Origin: Octopus sinensis
Taxonomy: Eukaryota
Length of the DNA stretch: 64,000 bases
Direction: 5' to 3'
Assembly (NCBI RefSeq): GCF_006345805.1
Contig: NC_042997.1
Location: 115,196,001 to 115,260,000, forward strand
In this document: positions 49,455 to 62,576 of the stretch, piece after piece
Layout: each line of letters starts with the position of its first letter
Position numbering within the stretch: the stretch's first letter is position 1
The notes under the pieces: model-generated
What the model saw: the letters and a program-made list of their open reading frames with translations, nothing else
Told to the model about the DNA's origin: nothing
The model's database searches: none
Position numbers and translations under genes: made by a program

Positions 49455-51987
49455 AATAGATGTAAAAAAGTGTGTAGTAAATAAATATGAAAACCAAAAT
49501 TTAGGCAAATGAACCTGGGGGTGAGGAAGGGACTTTTGGAAAATCCACACAACCTGATTTTTCCCCTTCATAACTTTTAGGAAATTTTATATAAATACCT
49601 TTCAAATGGCATAGATTACAATTACAAAGAAATTTATGGGGAAAATTCACATGATCCGATTATTTCCCTCATAACTTTCAGGAAATGGATATCTTTTAAT
49701 GACACTAAACTCTACTTGCAAAGACCTGTTGAGGCAAGTGAAATCGAAATCAAGTTCGATGACTGGCATCCGTGCTAGTGGAGCGCTAAGAGCACCATCC
49801 AAGCATGATCGTTGCCAGAGCGGCTAACTGGCTTCTGTGCCGGTGGCACATAAAAAGTACCATTCGAGTGTGATCGTTACAAGCATCACCTTACTGGCAT
49901 GTGAAAAAAACATTCGAGCAAGGTCGTTGCCCTCGTGCGGGACTGGTTCCTGTGCAGGTGGCACGTAAAAAACACCATTTGAGCATGGACGTCGCTAGTT
50001 CCGCCTGACTGGCCCTCGTGAATCTTGGAGTGGTTGGCGTTAGTAAGGGCATCCAGATGTAGAAACTCTGCCAGATCAAGATTGAAGCCTGGTGCAGCCA
50101 TCTGGTTCGCCAGTCCTCAGTCAAATCGTCCAACCCATGCTAGCATGGAAAGCAGACGTTAAACGATGATGATGATAAAATTTTATATAAATACTTTTCA
50201 AACAGCATAGATTACGATTATAAAGAATTATACACACATAGCCAGGCTAGGAATCACTATACACTATTCTCCCAGGTTTAATGTATTGTTGAATGAGAGA
50301 AACAAGTGTGATGCTGTCACACTTCTTTCTGCTGCCAAACAACCACATTTGATTCAGAAGTTGACCATTTGTATATTTTTTGCGAACAATCAAAGTTTCA
50401 TCAATTTCCACTCCCACACCAAACCTGCCAATAGGTTGCCGCTGTGTGAACCACATGTCCATCACTTAACTACAAAACAATTGCCAAACCATGGTGTTTG
50501 TTATGGACATTCTCAGGCATTTTCCCACCATTCTACGGTCCCATAAGTGATATATATGTGTGTGTGTGTGCGTGTGTATATATCTATCTATATATATACC
50601 TTGACTGGCTCCTATGCAGGTGGCACATAAAAAGCACCATTTGTGTGTGGTCGATGCCAGTACTGCCTGACTGGCCCTTGTCCTGGTGGCACGTAAAAGC
50701 ACCCACTACACTCTCGGAGTGGTTGGCATTAGGAAAGGCATCCAGTTGTAGAAACTTTGCTGGATCAAGATTGGAGTCTGGTGCAGCCTTCTGGTTCACC
50801 AGCCCTCAGTCAAACCGTCCAACCCATGGAAAGCGGATGTTAAACGACAATAATGATGATATATATATACATATATCAAAAGAGTTTGTGTATGTTCCTT
50901 ATGCATTTGAAAACTGCATTGCAAATATGGGGTATCAAAAGGTTCAGTAAGCATTCAGCTACAAAATAAATTTTATTTTCATTTACATATTTTCTACGTT
51001 ATCTTAACAACCAGCTATAGTTATTTGAAAGACACTGCTTTACAACGACCAGGGTTCAACCAAAATTACAAAGTGCTGCATTACAAGGGTGATGATATGT
51101 AAATAATGAAAGTAATGTTTCTCCGAATTAGTTACATCTGGTTTTATATCTAAGAGATGAGGAATTATGTACATTATTTACAATTGATGGATATTTGTCC
51201 TCATCTTGTTTGTTGTTAACACATTTCGGCTTATCAGGTGTCTTAGGGGAAATTTCGAACCCGAGTTCTCACTCTCATTCCTAATTAGCAAAGTGAAACA
51301 TTGGGAGGCTTTTAGCTTTTTGAAAAGTGAGGTGATGGGTGGGCGAGGTGAGGGAAGAGACATCGAGTGTTTCTTTAAGAAAAATTAAACTTAAAAAAAG
51401 AAGTATATTTCCCACTTTTGTAATCTCTGTATTTTTCTACAGAGATAAAAAAAATTCGAAAAATAGCTGCAAATTAAGAGATTGCAGGGGGGATGGGGGG
51501 AAATAAAAATTTTGAAAATGTGATTCCTGGGCAAAATCATATTGACCCACAATGAAACAATATATAGTTTGTGATCCTTCTTAAGAACAGAGAGCACTTT
51601 CATGCAAACCCATGCAAATTGTACCTTCCCCACCTTTACTTTTAAATAAACAACTTCAATTATGCCAGTAATCCAGTTCACTATATATCAGCCGTGCCGA
51701 TTCTGCCCAAAAGAAGGGAACAAGTAATACAATGTAGTTGTAGGTCATAACGCCGGGAAGCATTGCTAGTATACAGTATGTGTGTGTGTATTTCCTTATA
51801 AGAGTAATCTATGCCGTTTGAAAGGTATTTATATAAAATTTCATGAAAAGATATTCATTTTCCTGAAAGTTGAGGGGAAAAATCAGATCGTGTGAATTTT
51901 CCGAAAGTCCTCTCCCACCCCCGGTTCGTTTCCGCAAATTTTGATTTCAGATTCGTTTACTACATTTTTTTTTTTTAAACACCTATT
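49455..51987 (-). mobile_element. Degenerate Merlin (IS1595/IS1016-like) DNA transposon with nested insertions, in the first coding intron of C1QBP (boundaries approximate)
   Basis: Long imperfect terminal inverted repeats with subterminal duplication. Transposase remnant at about 50247-50510: GVEIDETLIVRKKYTNGQLLNQMWLFG...LIQQYIKPGRIVYSDS. TSD not recovered. Confidence 0.75.
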
Positions 51988-53200
51988 TTTTGTCTTTTGG
52001 TGGCCGGGTGTTAACTAGATATTAATCCGCTTTTCCTCTCCCACAAAAGGAAAGTGTACAGGGACTTCGAGGGACAGCTATCCCAAAATTCTGACGAAAT
52101 TTCGGTGCCGCTAAACGTGCGCTTGTCTTCAAGGATACAAGATGCTGGGCAAGGTCGACCGCATGTAGAAATCGAACACAGAACGCAAAGGGAAATAACT
52201 AAACAAATCCACAAGGCATTTTGTCTAGTATTCTACCGATTTGGCCATTCACCACTGCCGTCATCGTTTAAACATTTTACGCAACAGTAACTATTCATTC
52301 AACTGTAAAAAAAAAATTAATTAAAATATCTTAGGTGGTGAGTTTGGCATCGACCACACCTGCATCATGGCAACGTGCACTGCATTATTCAATAAATTTA
52401 TACATTTTTCTGTTTTATTTTCTAAACTCTATCTCATACCATGAAAAATTAAAACAACTACTTTATTATCTATCGATAAAAAATATCGTAATTGAAATGA
52501 ATGTATTGAGGACAAGGTGTTTACTTGAACGTAGATAGGTCATCAATGCCGGTTGTTGAAATTCGGCGCTAAGGAAACATGTAACGAAATAATTCTAATA
52601 CGTAAAATCAATATAGTATTTGAATATGATACTTTGATGTCACACACGGAATCAGTTTGATTGAATCCTTCAATAAATGTGGTAAAATATATGTGGAAGA
52701 ATTAAAGCGAATTATCGCTGAAAGGGAAGCGAGTTAACCACGTGGTATGGACAAGGCGTGGAAAGGATTATTTAATGAAGCACCCTCCACAAGTAATTAT
52801 AATGTAACAGACCTTTAATGCACACGAAATTGTACTTGTGTAGAACAAAATTAGTTATTATAGGATTATATATATATATATTAGAATTACATAACTATGC
52901 CAACTGAATTGGAAAAAAAAACAAAGCAAAATATAACAAAAATTCCAGACTTTTCGAAAAATTCCATGTGGAAAGACAATCAACATTACGTGGTAGTTTT
53001 AGTTAATTGTCGACAAGTGTAGAAATACTGTTGTATGTGTGTGTGTATATATATATATAAGTTCAGCAAAAATTTAGATTCAGATGAATATGGTACTTAA
53101 GTTAAAGGACCAGAATTTGGTATGGTATTATCCATATAAATCAAATGGGGTGATTATAATCAAAATAAGCAACAAGGATATCCATGTTGCTTATTTTGAT

Positions 53201-53235
<35 letters not shown>

Positions 53236-53275
53236 GGTATACATGTGCTTGGGGAGTTGAACATGAAATTCTTAC

Positions 53276-53651
53276 CTTCTGTGTGTAGCAGCCGGTAATG
53301 CTGACTTGAGGTGACATTGGCAAGTTGAGGTTGAGAGGTGAAGAGCCGCGGTGTGGAAGAAATGAATTTACCGGTCAAAGATGGAAATATAGAAACAGAT
53401 GAACTGGACGTAGAATAAGAGAAACGTGAATAAAATCTGGCTGCATTGAAGAATGGGTTACAAAACTGATTCACCTTGGTTATACTTGAAGTACTGCCTA
53501 CATTAACGGGGCCAACACCTTTTTCAAGCATTTTGAAAGCTGTTCGCCAATACTGACCACTACTGAAGTGTCGGACTATATTGGAGGTCATCTTGGTTAG
53601 CTGAATTCCTTGCTTATGTAAACGAATAGGTATTAGACTACCCGAAAACAT
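53276..53651 (-). CDS. C1QBP: C1QBP/p32 coding exon 1 (long S/T/R-rich mitochondrial presequence ending ...HYRLLHTE)
   Basis: ATG at 53651 with an in-frame upstream TGA at 53670-72. The ORF ends LLHTE-G|GTAAG (phase 1), matching the p32 LHTDG maturation-site motif. Further in-frame ATGs at 53591 and 53531. Confidence 0.85.
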
Positions 53652-54057
53652 TTTTAGATTGAAACAACCTCAAGCCACGATATTCAGGTCAGCGGCTGAA
53701 GTAGTTTTTCAAGGACGATAACTGAGATGTGACTAAAGGCAGATAATTGGGGAGTGGAGCTAATTTATTATTTGCTCAACCATTCTGATAATGGAGCCAC
53801 ACATGGTTATATAGTGCTATACAATTAATGTCACTCGCTTTCTTTATTTTGGCACTCAGGCCACTTAACACAGAGGGGACACTACATAAACTACAATAAA
53901 CATAAAACGAATGAGTATGAAATTTATATAATATTGAACAGTTAATGTCACTCACACACATATACACACAGACAAGTACAAAACAGTCAATGACCTCGGA
54001 GTTTATAGGGAATAAAAATAATTATAAGATATGGTCGATTTGAATTTTTTAAATTTT

Positions 54058-54260
54058 ATTCTGTTGTGTCTGGGGAGAGTCATTTTCTTTTTGTGCCTTA
54101 TAATATAACACGTTCACCGGTAAAATTTCCACTTTTTTCGTATTTTTATTTTCCTAACATTTTCGTTGCGTCTTGCAACCTTTTCAATAGTTTTGACTCG
54201 GTGAGTGTGTTTTATTATAAGGCACAAAAGGAAAATGACTCTCCCCAGACACAACAGAAT
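54058..54260. repeat. 47-bp inverted repeat (1 mismatch) with 109-nt spacer
   Basis: Arms at 54058-54104 and 54214-54260. Confidence 0.85.
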
Positions 54261-54764
54261 ATGCTTCAACACACGAACTCATGTAAAGAATCTTGCAAAT
54301 GAAATCCAAAAACGTAGTCAGAAAAGGAGAAAATTTGCTGTTACAACCTTTGTAGGTATTTCAAGAACTGTCAAGGCACCCAAAGATCGTTGTGGTGTGT
54401 TAGACTTAGCTAGAAAAATGGAGCAATACAAAGGAAATGACAAGAAATTATTTTGTTAAATCATCTTAATATGGATTTACTCACACACCATATTCGTAAT
54501 ATTAGAGACAAACAAGGCGGCGAGCTGACAGAATCGTTGGCACGCGGGGCAAAATGATTAGCGGCATTTCGTCTGTTCTGAGTTCAAATTCTGCCGAAAT
54601 CGACTGTATCTTTCAGGGTAGATAAAAGAAGTACCAGTTGCGCGCTGAGGTTGACGTTATTGACTTACCCTCTCTCCGGAACTAACAGGCCTTGTACCGA
54701 AATTTGAAACCAATATCACAAACAAACACGTACGCAATAGAGTCAATAACCTAGATTTTATGAC

Positions 54765-55340
54765 GAATGCCCTGATGCAGTACCAGACAGTGGTTCTCGT
54801 GGCTTCTGATCTTAACTGATTGGAAGTGTTATCATGTACATTGTTTTGTCTTGGTATAAAAGATGGGCTACAGCAAATATTCTGCTCAATACCACAGATT
54901 TGCTTGTCAGTTGTTTGACCGTAGCCAGTTGAGCATCCCTTAGTGGTTGACGATATGTGCATCTCTGATCACGAGCAGAAGTAGTGGGGGAGCATCATTG
55001 AGAGGGATTCTTTGGGATTTGAATAATTCACCTCTGGAAACATGGGTGTTTTGTTCAACATCCTTAAACAACCCTTATTCTGGGACCTTTTGAGCGGGAT
55101 GGGTTACTCGACCAGAAGAAAATTCTAACTGGGCCCCACCTGCAAGGTCATGTGCTGTTTATCTTGATATGAGATCACCATGTCGCGCACATATGGTTGT
55201 GACGCATGTGCCTAGTGTACCCTTATCAGACAGGTAGTCATGATGGGTATACCGGGCTTCATATATTTTACCCCAGTGTCACTTTGATGGCATTCACTGC
55301 TCTCTCACTCAATAATAATGATAATGATAATAATAATAAT
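54765..55340 (+). mobile_element. Interspersed repeat family E
   Basis: Aligns to 24272-24835 but retains more CpGs. Confidence 0.7.
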
Positions 55341-55769
55341 AATTGTATGATTAGTGTACTGTCAATTCGAATTATATTTTATAATTTAGACAAGGAAGGA
55401 GAGAAGTGCTCGCAACTTTTGCTGGCCTTCCAAGGACTGACAAGAAAGGCCCACTAAAGGTTCCCAATGATCGTGTTGGTGCTAAAGCAGGCGACATATT
55501 AGGTCTGTCATTACGAGAGGAGAGCAGACAGAAAATAGTTTAGTGTAACAAAGAGAAGAGTGGTTGAATCTGATTAACTTCTGTAACGATTCATGTCTAT
55601 GGAAGAATGTTACAAGCAAATGAAGCATCCCTGACTCATGGTAAAATATATTTGCAGCTCGACAAGGTACAATCAGGGTCCTTTGTAACTGCATCATAGG
55701 ACTCCGGGAAAATCAGTTCGCTGCGCCCTATAATCCTGTTTCATGAAAATGATCAAACTTTAAAGCACT

Positions 55770-55770
<1 letters not shown>

Positions 55771-55815
<45 letters not shown>

Positions 55816-57735
55816 CCATCATCATCGTCGTTTAACGTCCGTTTTCCATGTTAGCATGGGTTGGACGGTTCGACCGGGGTCTGGGAAGCCAGGAGGCTGC
55901 ACCAGGCTCCAGTCTGATCTGGCAGTGTTTCTACAGCTGGATGCCCTTCCTAACGCCAACCACTCCGTGAGTGTATTGGATGCTTTTTACGTGCCACCGG
56001 CACAGGTGCCAGGGGAGGCTGGCAACGGCCACGATCGGTTGGTGCTTTTTACGTGCCACTGGCACAGAAGCCATTCAAGGCGGGGCTGGCATCGGCCACG
56101 TTCGGATGGTGCTTTTTACGTGCCACCGGTATAGGTATCACAACTACAATTTCCATTTGATATTTATTTTAATTTTGATGTACTTGATTCAATAGGTCTC
56201 TCTACAGCAGGTCACTCTACGATCCAAGGTAAGCAAGCAGGTCGTTCTGCAATCCAAGGTACTTTGGATGGGCTGGGGCTATACGAAACTGGTGCAGGAA
56301 ACAGCCATGAACTCACATTATTTGTCGGGTCTTTGCAGTCTCAGCATATCTCCAGAGATCTCGGTCTTTCGTCATTGCCTCTGTAAGGCCCAACGTTCGA
56401 AGGTCATGCTTGACCACCTCATCCCATGTCTTCCTGGCTCTACCTCTTCCCCGGATACCTTCAACTTTTTGGGAGTGGTACTTCTTCACACATCTATCCT
56501 CATCCATCCGCAGTACATGACCATACCAGCGTAAACGTCTCTCTTGCACACCACATCTGATGCTTCTTATGTCCAGCATTTCTCTCAGGGCACTTACACT
56601 ACGTCGTGTGTGCACACTGACATTACACATCCAGCAGATCATGCTAGCTTCATTTCTTTCAAGCCTACGCATGTCCTCTGCAGTCACTACCGTGAAGCAT
56701 GGCAGTTCGCACACATGCATCGTACAATCTACCGTTCACTCTGAGCGAGAGACCCTTTGTCACTAGTAGGAGTAGAAGCTTTCTAAACTTTGTCCAGGCT
56801 ATTCGTATTCTAGTGGTGACACTCTCTGAGCAACCATCTCCACTATTAACTTGGTCACCTAGGGAGCGGAAACTATCAACTACTTCAAGTTTCTCCCCCT
56901 GAAGTGTGATGGAATCTGTTTTCTGAGTATCTGAGGTGTCTATTGCCCCTGTGTATCTGCCGCACATGAAAGCTATCTTCTCGGTTAATTTCCTTTGATG
57001 TTGCTGCACCTCTTATGCGTCCATAGCTTACACTGAGTACATCTTATGGAGTTTCTACCTACACCTTTTCTACAGATCGAGCAGGGCCACCTCCATGAGG
57101 GTATAGGTGATGAGTTCGCCTTTCTGCTTACTATAACTTTGGTCTTTGCTACATTTACTCTAAGGCCTTTTGATTCTAAACCTTGCTTCCACACCCGAAA
57201 TTTCTTTTCTAGTTCCGGTAGTGATCCTGCTATGAAGGCCAGGTCATCAGCATAGAGGAGCTTCCAGGGGCAACCCGTCTTGAATTCCTTGTTATTGCCT
57301 GGAGGACTATGATGAATAGAAGGGGACTAAGGGCTGAACCTTGGTGGACCCCTACTTCTACCCGGAATTCTTCACTATACCCATTGCCAATCCTAACCTT
57401 ACTAACGGCCTCTCTGTATAGGGCCTGTACAGCCCTTATCAACCATTCGTCAATCTCCAGTTTCCGCATTGCCCACCTGATAAGGGATTGGGGACCCTGT
57501 CAAAGGCTTTCTCCAAGTCCCCAAAAACTAAGTAGAGGGGTTTATCTTTAGCTAGGTATTTCTCCTGCAGTTGTCGAACTAGGAATATGGCATCAGTGGT
57601 GCTTCTACCCGGAACAAAACCGAACTGCATCTCATCTAAGCAGACTCTCTCCCTAATGAGATGGGTTATGACTCTCTCTGTGACTTTCTTCACCTGATCT
57701 AGCAGTTTAATAACCCTGTAGTTATTTCTATCAAG
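55771..57735 (-). mobile_element. Second, frameshifted copy of the PHD-containing RTE LINE (related subfamily)
   Basis: Fragmentary ORFs at 56313-57693 match the 39983-41848 protein, including WPCSICRKGVGRNSIRC. (CAT)n tail at 55771-55826. Confidence 0.9.
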
Positions 57736-57762
57736 AACATAATAATAATAATAATGATAATT

Positions 57763-58151
57763 CAGTTTTTTTAAATAATTTCCAGGTAACTAAACACTTT
57801 TAAACATCCTATACTGGTAGAATGTGTTTATAAAACATCTTTTTCTCTTGGCTTTATTGAGAAAATTCTATAGTTTGTAAGATATTTGTTGTTTTTTTCT
57901 TCAATTTCTGCAATTTCAACCAATCAATGACGTCTATTGAGGTGAAAACATTCTGTGCCGTATGAATATGTCCCTCGTTTAAGAAACAGATTGAGTTTAT
58001 TTACATTTGTGAAGAAAAAAAGATACCCTTCCCCCCACCCCTAACCCTAAAACAGATTGAAATGCAGTAGATCGATACTAAGGTCATAATTATGGGTGAC
58101 AATTTCATATGACACCGCTAGAAAAAACTGCCGTTCAAACCGAAAAGATCC
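57763..58151. mobile_element. Left-truncated copy of the 13547-13964 MITE
   Basis: Near-identical internal sequence and an intact right TIR (...AAACCGAAAAGATCC). Confidence 0.8.
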
Positions 58152-59142
58152 TAAAATTCAGATAGTTAAGCAGGAATCAACATATTTGATACAGAGAAAA
58201 CCATCAAATTAGAAATATTACTGCAGTTTAAACTAAGTATTATATAATCGTTAAGACAAATAGGGGAGACAACCTTGGGTGTTTTTCGCTCTTATTACAA
58301 CTCCGCAGTGAAGCAGAGACTTCATACTTGCTGAAGTCGTGTTAAGGGATTCCATCAACACCGCGCTATCAAGAGAGTTCATATGTGGTCGCTTCCATTG
58401 CTAGAAATAGCACCCAAGCCCCTTTTCTAGCCCCAACGCGTGTTGTTAGAGAAGGATGTTCTATGTGGTTGATATTCTTGCTAGAAATAACAGCCAAATT
58501 TACCTTAGTCACATTGTACGGATTAAAAAGAAAAACAGGGTTGGTTAAGTCATTCGATACTGTGGTCCTCCTATGTACTCATTATTAGGAAATGTCAGGA
58601 TGGTTATGACCGAAGCGCCTATTCAAAATCACGGTGGTTTCCACCGTGATTTTGTATATCTAGGAATATATTAGCTGTGTCTTTTCTCTTTTAAGATAGT
58701 AAGATGTACGGCAATTTGGCTGCTATTTCTAGCTGCTCAAACGACCATGTAGAGGTTTTCCCTGTGGTTGAAGGTGGTCACATAATCAGTTAGAAATAAC
58801 AGCCGAATAACTTCCCAACGTTGTTGGAAAAAAGGACTCTTGACAATGGAGTGTAAACTGAAAAAGAAAAAAAAAAGAGGGAGATGGTCAAGGCAAGAAC
58901 GCCACTGTTCATCAGTATCCGTATTGTATAAGAAGTACCACAAGCAGGTTCCACCTCTACAAGCAAATTCCATAATCTTTCAAAACTTTTCATAAAAGAA
59001 TGCTCGGATCCCCATCATTTGAGGGAAAAAATTGGAAAATTCCCCGTCAAAACAGAAATTCTAACTTATGCGGACATCCTGATCCGAAACCCCGCCGTTC
59101 CACTACAAACAGACTCCACCAACTAATACAGTCGCCAATACC

Positions 59143-59543
59143 TATTTCCTTATTACCCACAAGGGGCTAAACATGGGACAAACAAGGACATAGGTATTAA
59201 GTCGATTACATCGATCCCAGTGCGTAACTGGTACTTAATTTATCGACCCCGAAAGGATGAAAAGCAAAGTCGACCTCGGCGGAATTTGAACTCAGAACGT
59301 AGCGGCAGACGAAATACCTATTTCTTTACTACCCACAAGGGGCTAAACACAGAGAGTACAAACAAGGACAGACAAATGGATTAAGTCGATTATATCGACC
59401 CCAGTGCGTAACTGGTACTTATTTAATCGAACCCGAAAGGATGAAAGGCAAAGTTGACCTCGGCGGAATTTGAACTCAGAACGTAGCGGCAGACGAAATA
59501 CGGCTACGCATTTCGCCCGGCGTGCCAACGATTCTGCCAGCTC
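59143..59543 (-). mobile_element. Tandem dimer of SINE family B abutting the promoter-like island
   Basis: Two head-to-tail copies (59143-59318 truncated, 59319-59543), with CpGs largely intact. Confidence 0.85.
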
Positions 59544-59644
59544 CTTACCTTCGCGAATACAAGCAAAATCCACCACCACTACTACTACTACCACCGATAC
59601 AAGCAGGAATTCATAAAGGTCACCGTAAAGGATTGTGGGAAATT

Positions 59645-59656
59645 TTTCGCGCCAAA
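59645..59656. promoter_or_regulatory. Overlapping bidirectional E2F site TTTCGCGCCAAA in a CpG-rich promoter-like island
   Basis: Matches the DHFR-type double E2F element. Further TTCGCG motifs at about 59550 and 59683. Lies upstream of the S-phase gene CHAF1B. Confidence 0.65.
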
Positions 59657-59659
59657 TCA

Positions 59660-59723
59660 ATTTCACGTACAAAGTTTGTGTCTTCGCGCGACCCGAAAAC
59701 TTGTGACTGTTCTGAAAGAGAAG
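59660..59723 (+). other. CHAF1B: Putative non-coding first exon of CHAF1B (start approximate)
   Basis: AAG|GTGAAA donor just downstream of the E2F site. Splicing to 63401 would give GAGAAG-ATG (A at -3). The ATG sits directly at an acceptor, so an upstream UTR exon is required. Confidence 0.45.
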
Positions 59724-62576
59724 GTGAAAATATTTTTACATTAACGCTTAATATAATTAACGAAAAACCATTAATGTAAAATAAATAACTTTTTATATGA
59801 ATATGATTATTAATTGTTCGTTATGAAAATTAAAAGCTTTGCTTTATTAATGCATTTTAAAAATCGCAGTGATGTATTGTGTACAAACTTTTTCTTTTCA
59901 TTTCTAAATATATTTCAGTGGTATTCCTTTTTATTTTGATGTATTGACGATGCTATTAACTTGTTTAAATATCTAAAGGAATTTTATGATTTGTGTGTAC
60001 TGTTAATGAATTAACCTGGAGATAATTGAGTATTTTTTCTTTAGCGAAATGTTTTCGATTTTTTTGTATGATGTGTCTAAACAAAATATTTCATTATGAA
60101 ACTATTTTCATTGTAAAGTTTTAAATGTAAATCTTTTGCTAGCGAGAAACTCTGCTTTTTAGACTCCCTACTTGTCTGAATAATTGAATTTGAAATCCTT
60201 TACATGGGATGGTATATTAATATAAATAAATACTTCCATAAATATACCTACGTACATACTGTTCACTCATTGATTGTTTGAAAAGTTCGTAGATACAAAA
60301 AAAATCTCTTCTTAAAAATATACTTAATTAATATTTTAGAAAATGAATGGACAGAAATAAATTTCGTAATTTCTATCGAAACTTCTAAATGTCTTTGGCA
60401 GAATCGTTTGCAAAGTGAACAAAATCTTTATCGACACTTCTTCCGGCTTCAGATTCCTCCGAGGTCGACTTTACCGTCTTTCATTCTTGTGAATATAAGG
60501 ACCAGTTGAGCACTGGGGTCGATGCAATCGCTCACCCTTCCAGATTTTCAGACGTCTTGCTTATAGTAGAAAGCATTGTTATTGCTATTTGATTCTTCGA
60601 GTATCGATAAAGTATTAATTCCTGGGGTCGATGACACCGTCTAAAAAAACTTCCTTCAAATATGCTGACCATTATACCTAAATCAGAAACCATTATTATT
60701 ATTGCTGTTAGTTTTCGTGCAAGATAAATAGAATAATTAATTCTGATCTGATGAAAATTACGGAGGCGGGTGGAGAAAGCAAAATTGGTAACTAAGGCAA
60801 AATGAGTAATTCCTGATATCTGACCACAGTGAAGCTCGTCTAATATAAGCCCAAATCAGTTGAGCAAATCCTATTGATTACAGGCATTCCAACCATAACC
60901 ATCCAGTATTTTATATATATATATATCAGAGACTATATTATATGCATTACTTTGTTTTTTTAAGATGATAGGGTGTGATTTGAGGAAGATTTGGCTGCTA
61001 TTTCTAGGTTGAGTAATTATATAAGGAATACCAAGCTGGTTTCTCCTTTTAAGTGCCTATCAATAGCTATACGTCTTCAGCGATGTGGAGGCTTTAATTC
61101 TCCAAATTAAAATTTGAAAGACTCATACACATCAGTATCCATCCTTAGACAGAAAGTTCAGAAATTTAAAATATCGACGTCAAATTGAAAGAAGATCATG
61201 GGAAAATGCCACATGATATGAAATTTACGAAATTCTGCTAAATCTAAAAACTCAACATAGAATATTCTCTATGGTTTTCAAATCCCAGTTCTCTTAATTT
61301 AAAGAAGTGCCGATCTCTAACTGTGGAGGGAACCTGTGGAAGAGGTAGACCCAGGAAGAGATGGGACGAAGTGGTAAAGCATGAAATTGAACACTGGGTC
61401 TCACAGAGGCAATGACTTGTGACTGAGACCTTTAGCAATATGTTGTACTTGAGAAAACCTTTCAAACCAAGTGAAATTGTAGTCATGGCAGATGTTGGTG
61501 TCGTAATTGGCACCCATGCTGACATGTAAAGAGCTGTGTTTGAGCACTGGGCCTCACAGAGGCAAAGTGGCTGAGTTCCTTATGAGTGTTGGGCCTCACA
61601 AAGGCAATGACCAAGACCTTTGGCATTATGTTGTGTTTGAGAAGACCCATGAAACTGAGCAAAATCGCAGTTATTGCAGATACTGGTTTCACGCAAGTGG
61701 CACCCATGCTGGTAGCACATAAAAACACCCATTACACTTTCGGAGTGGTTGGCATTAGGAAGGGCATCCAGCTGTAGAAAACCACGCCAAATCAGTCTAG
61801 TGCAAACTTCCAGCATGCCAGTCCTGGTCAAACCGTCTGACCCATGCCAACATGGACAACAGACATTAAATGATGATGATGACTCATTGGATAATGTAGT
61901 AATGGATATACATAAAAAAAATGTGATGGTCATAGTTGGAAATCTGTAGATTATAGAACTTATGTGTGGCTAAACAACGTCAGAGAAGAAAATGTTAAAT
62001 AACTTTCTCCTTTTAGCAAGGATACACCCTCAGACCCCTTCACCACTATCTTTATTTTTCCAACTGGAGGTAGCCATATATCTCCTCTACAGCAAGACAT
62101 GTTTATATTCCTCTCATCATCATCATTTAATGTCTATTTTCCATGCTGGCATGGGTTGGATGGTTTGACTGAAAACTGGTATGATGGAGAACTGCACCAG
62201 GTTCCAATCTGATTTGGCATGGTTTTCTGCGGTTGGAGCCCTTCCTAATGCCAACCACTCTAGAGTCTAGCTGGTGCTTTATACATGCCACTTAGGTAAC
62301 ACCAGCATTGGCCACGACTACAATCTTACTTGGCTTTACAGGTCTTCTCAAGCATGGCATATCACCAAAGGTCTCAGTCACCGGTACACAAGGACATAAT
62401 CCCCCCACAGTCAATATCCCCCAGGATATTCTTTCTTTGCAATAAAAATGTGAAATTTTATAAAAAGAAATTTTAAATATTTACTAGTTGATATTTGTAC
62501 ACAGGGCATTTTATCCTAATACCCAGTCACCAGTCACTGCCTCCATGAGGCTCAATGTTCAAACGGTGCCTTTTAT

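Noticed and set aside
52011-52339. CpG-rich intronic segment with signal-peptide-like and antisense ORFs and a + strand GTG|GTGAGT donor
   Set aside because: The ORFs start at TTG/GTG and show no homology; the segment is consistent with promoter-proximal unmethylated intron.
58504-58857. Possible additional minus-strand UTR exon (strong polypyrimidine acceptor near 58858, AAG|GTAAAT donor near 58504)
   Set aside because: It lies largely in old repeat sequence and has no independent support without RNA data.
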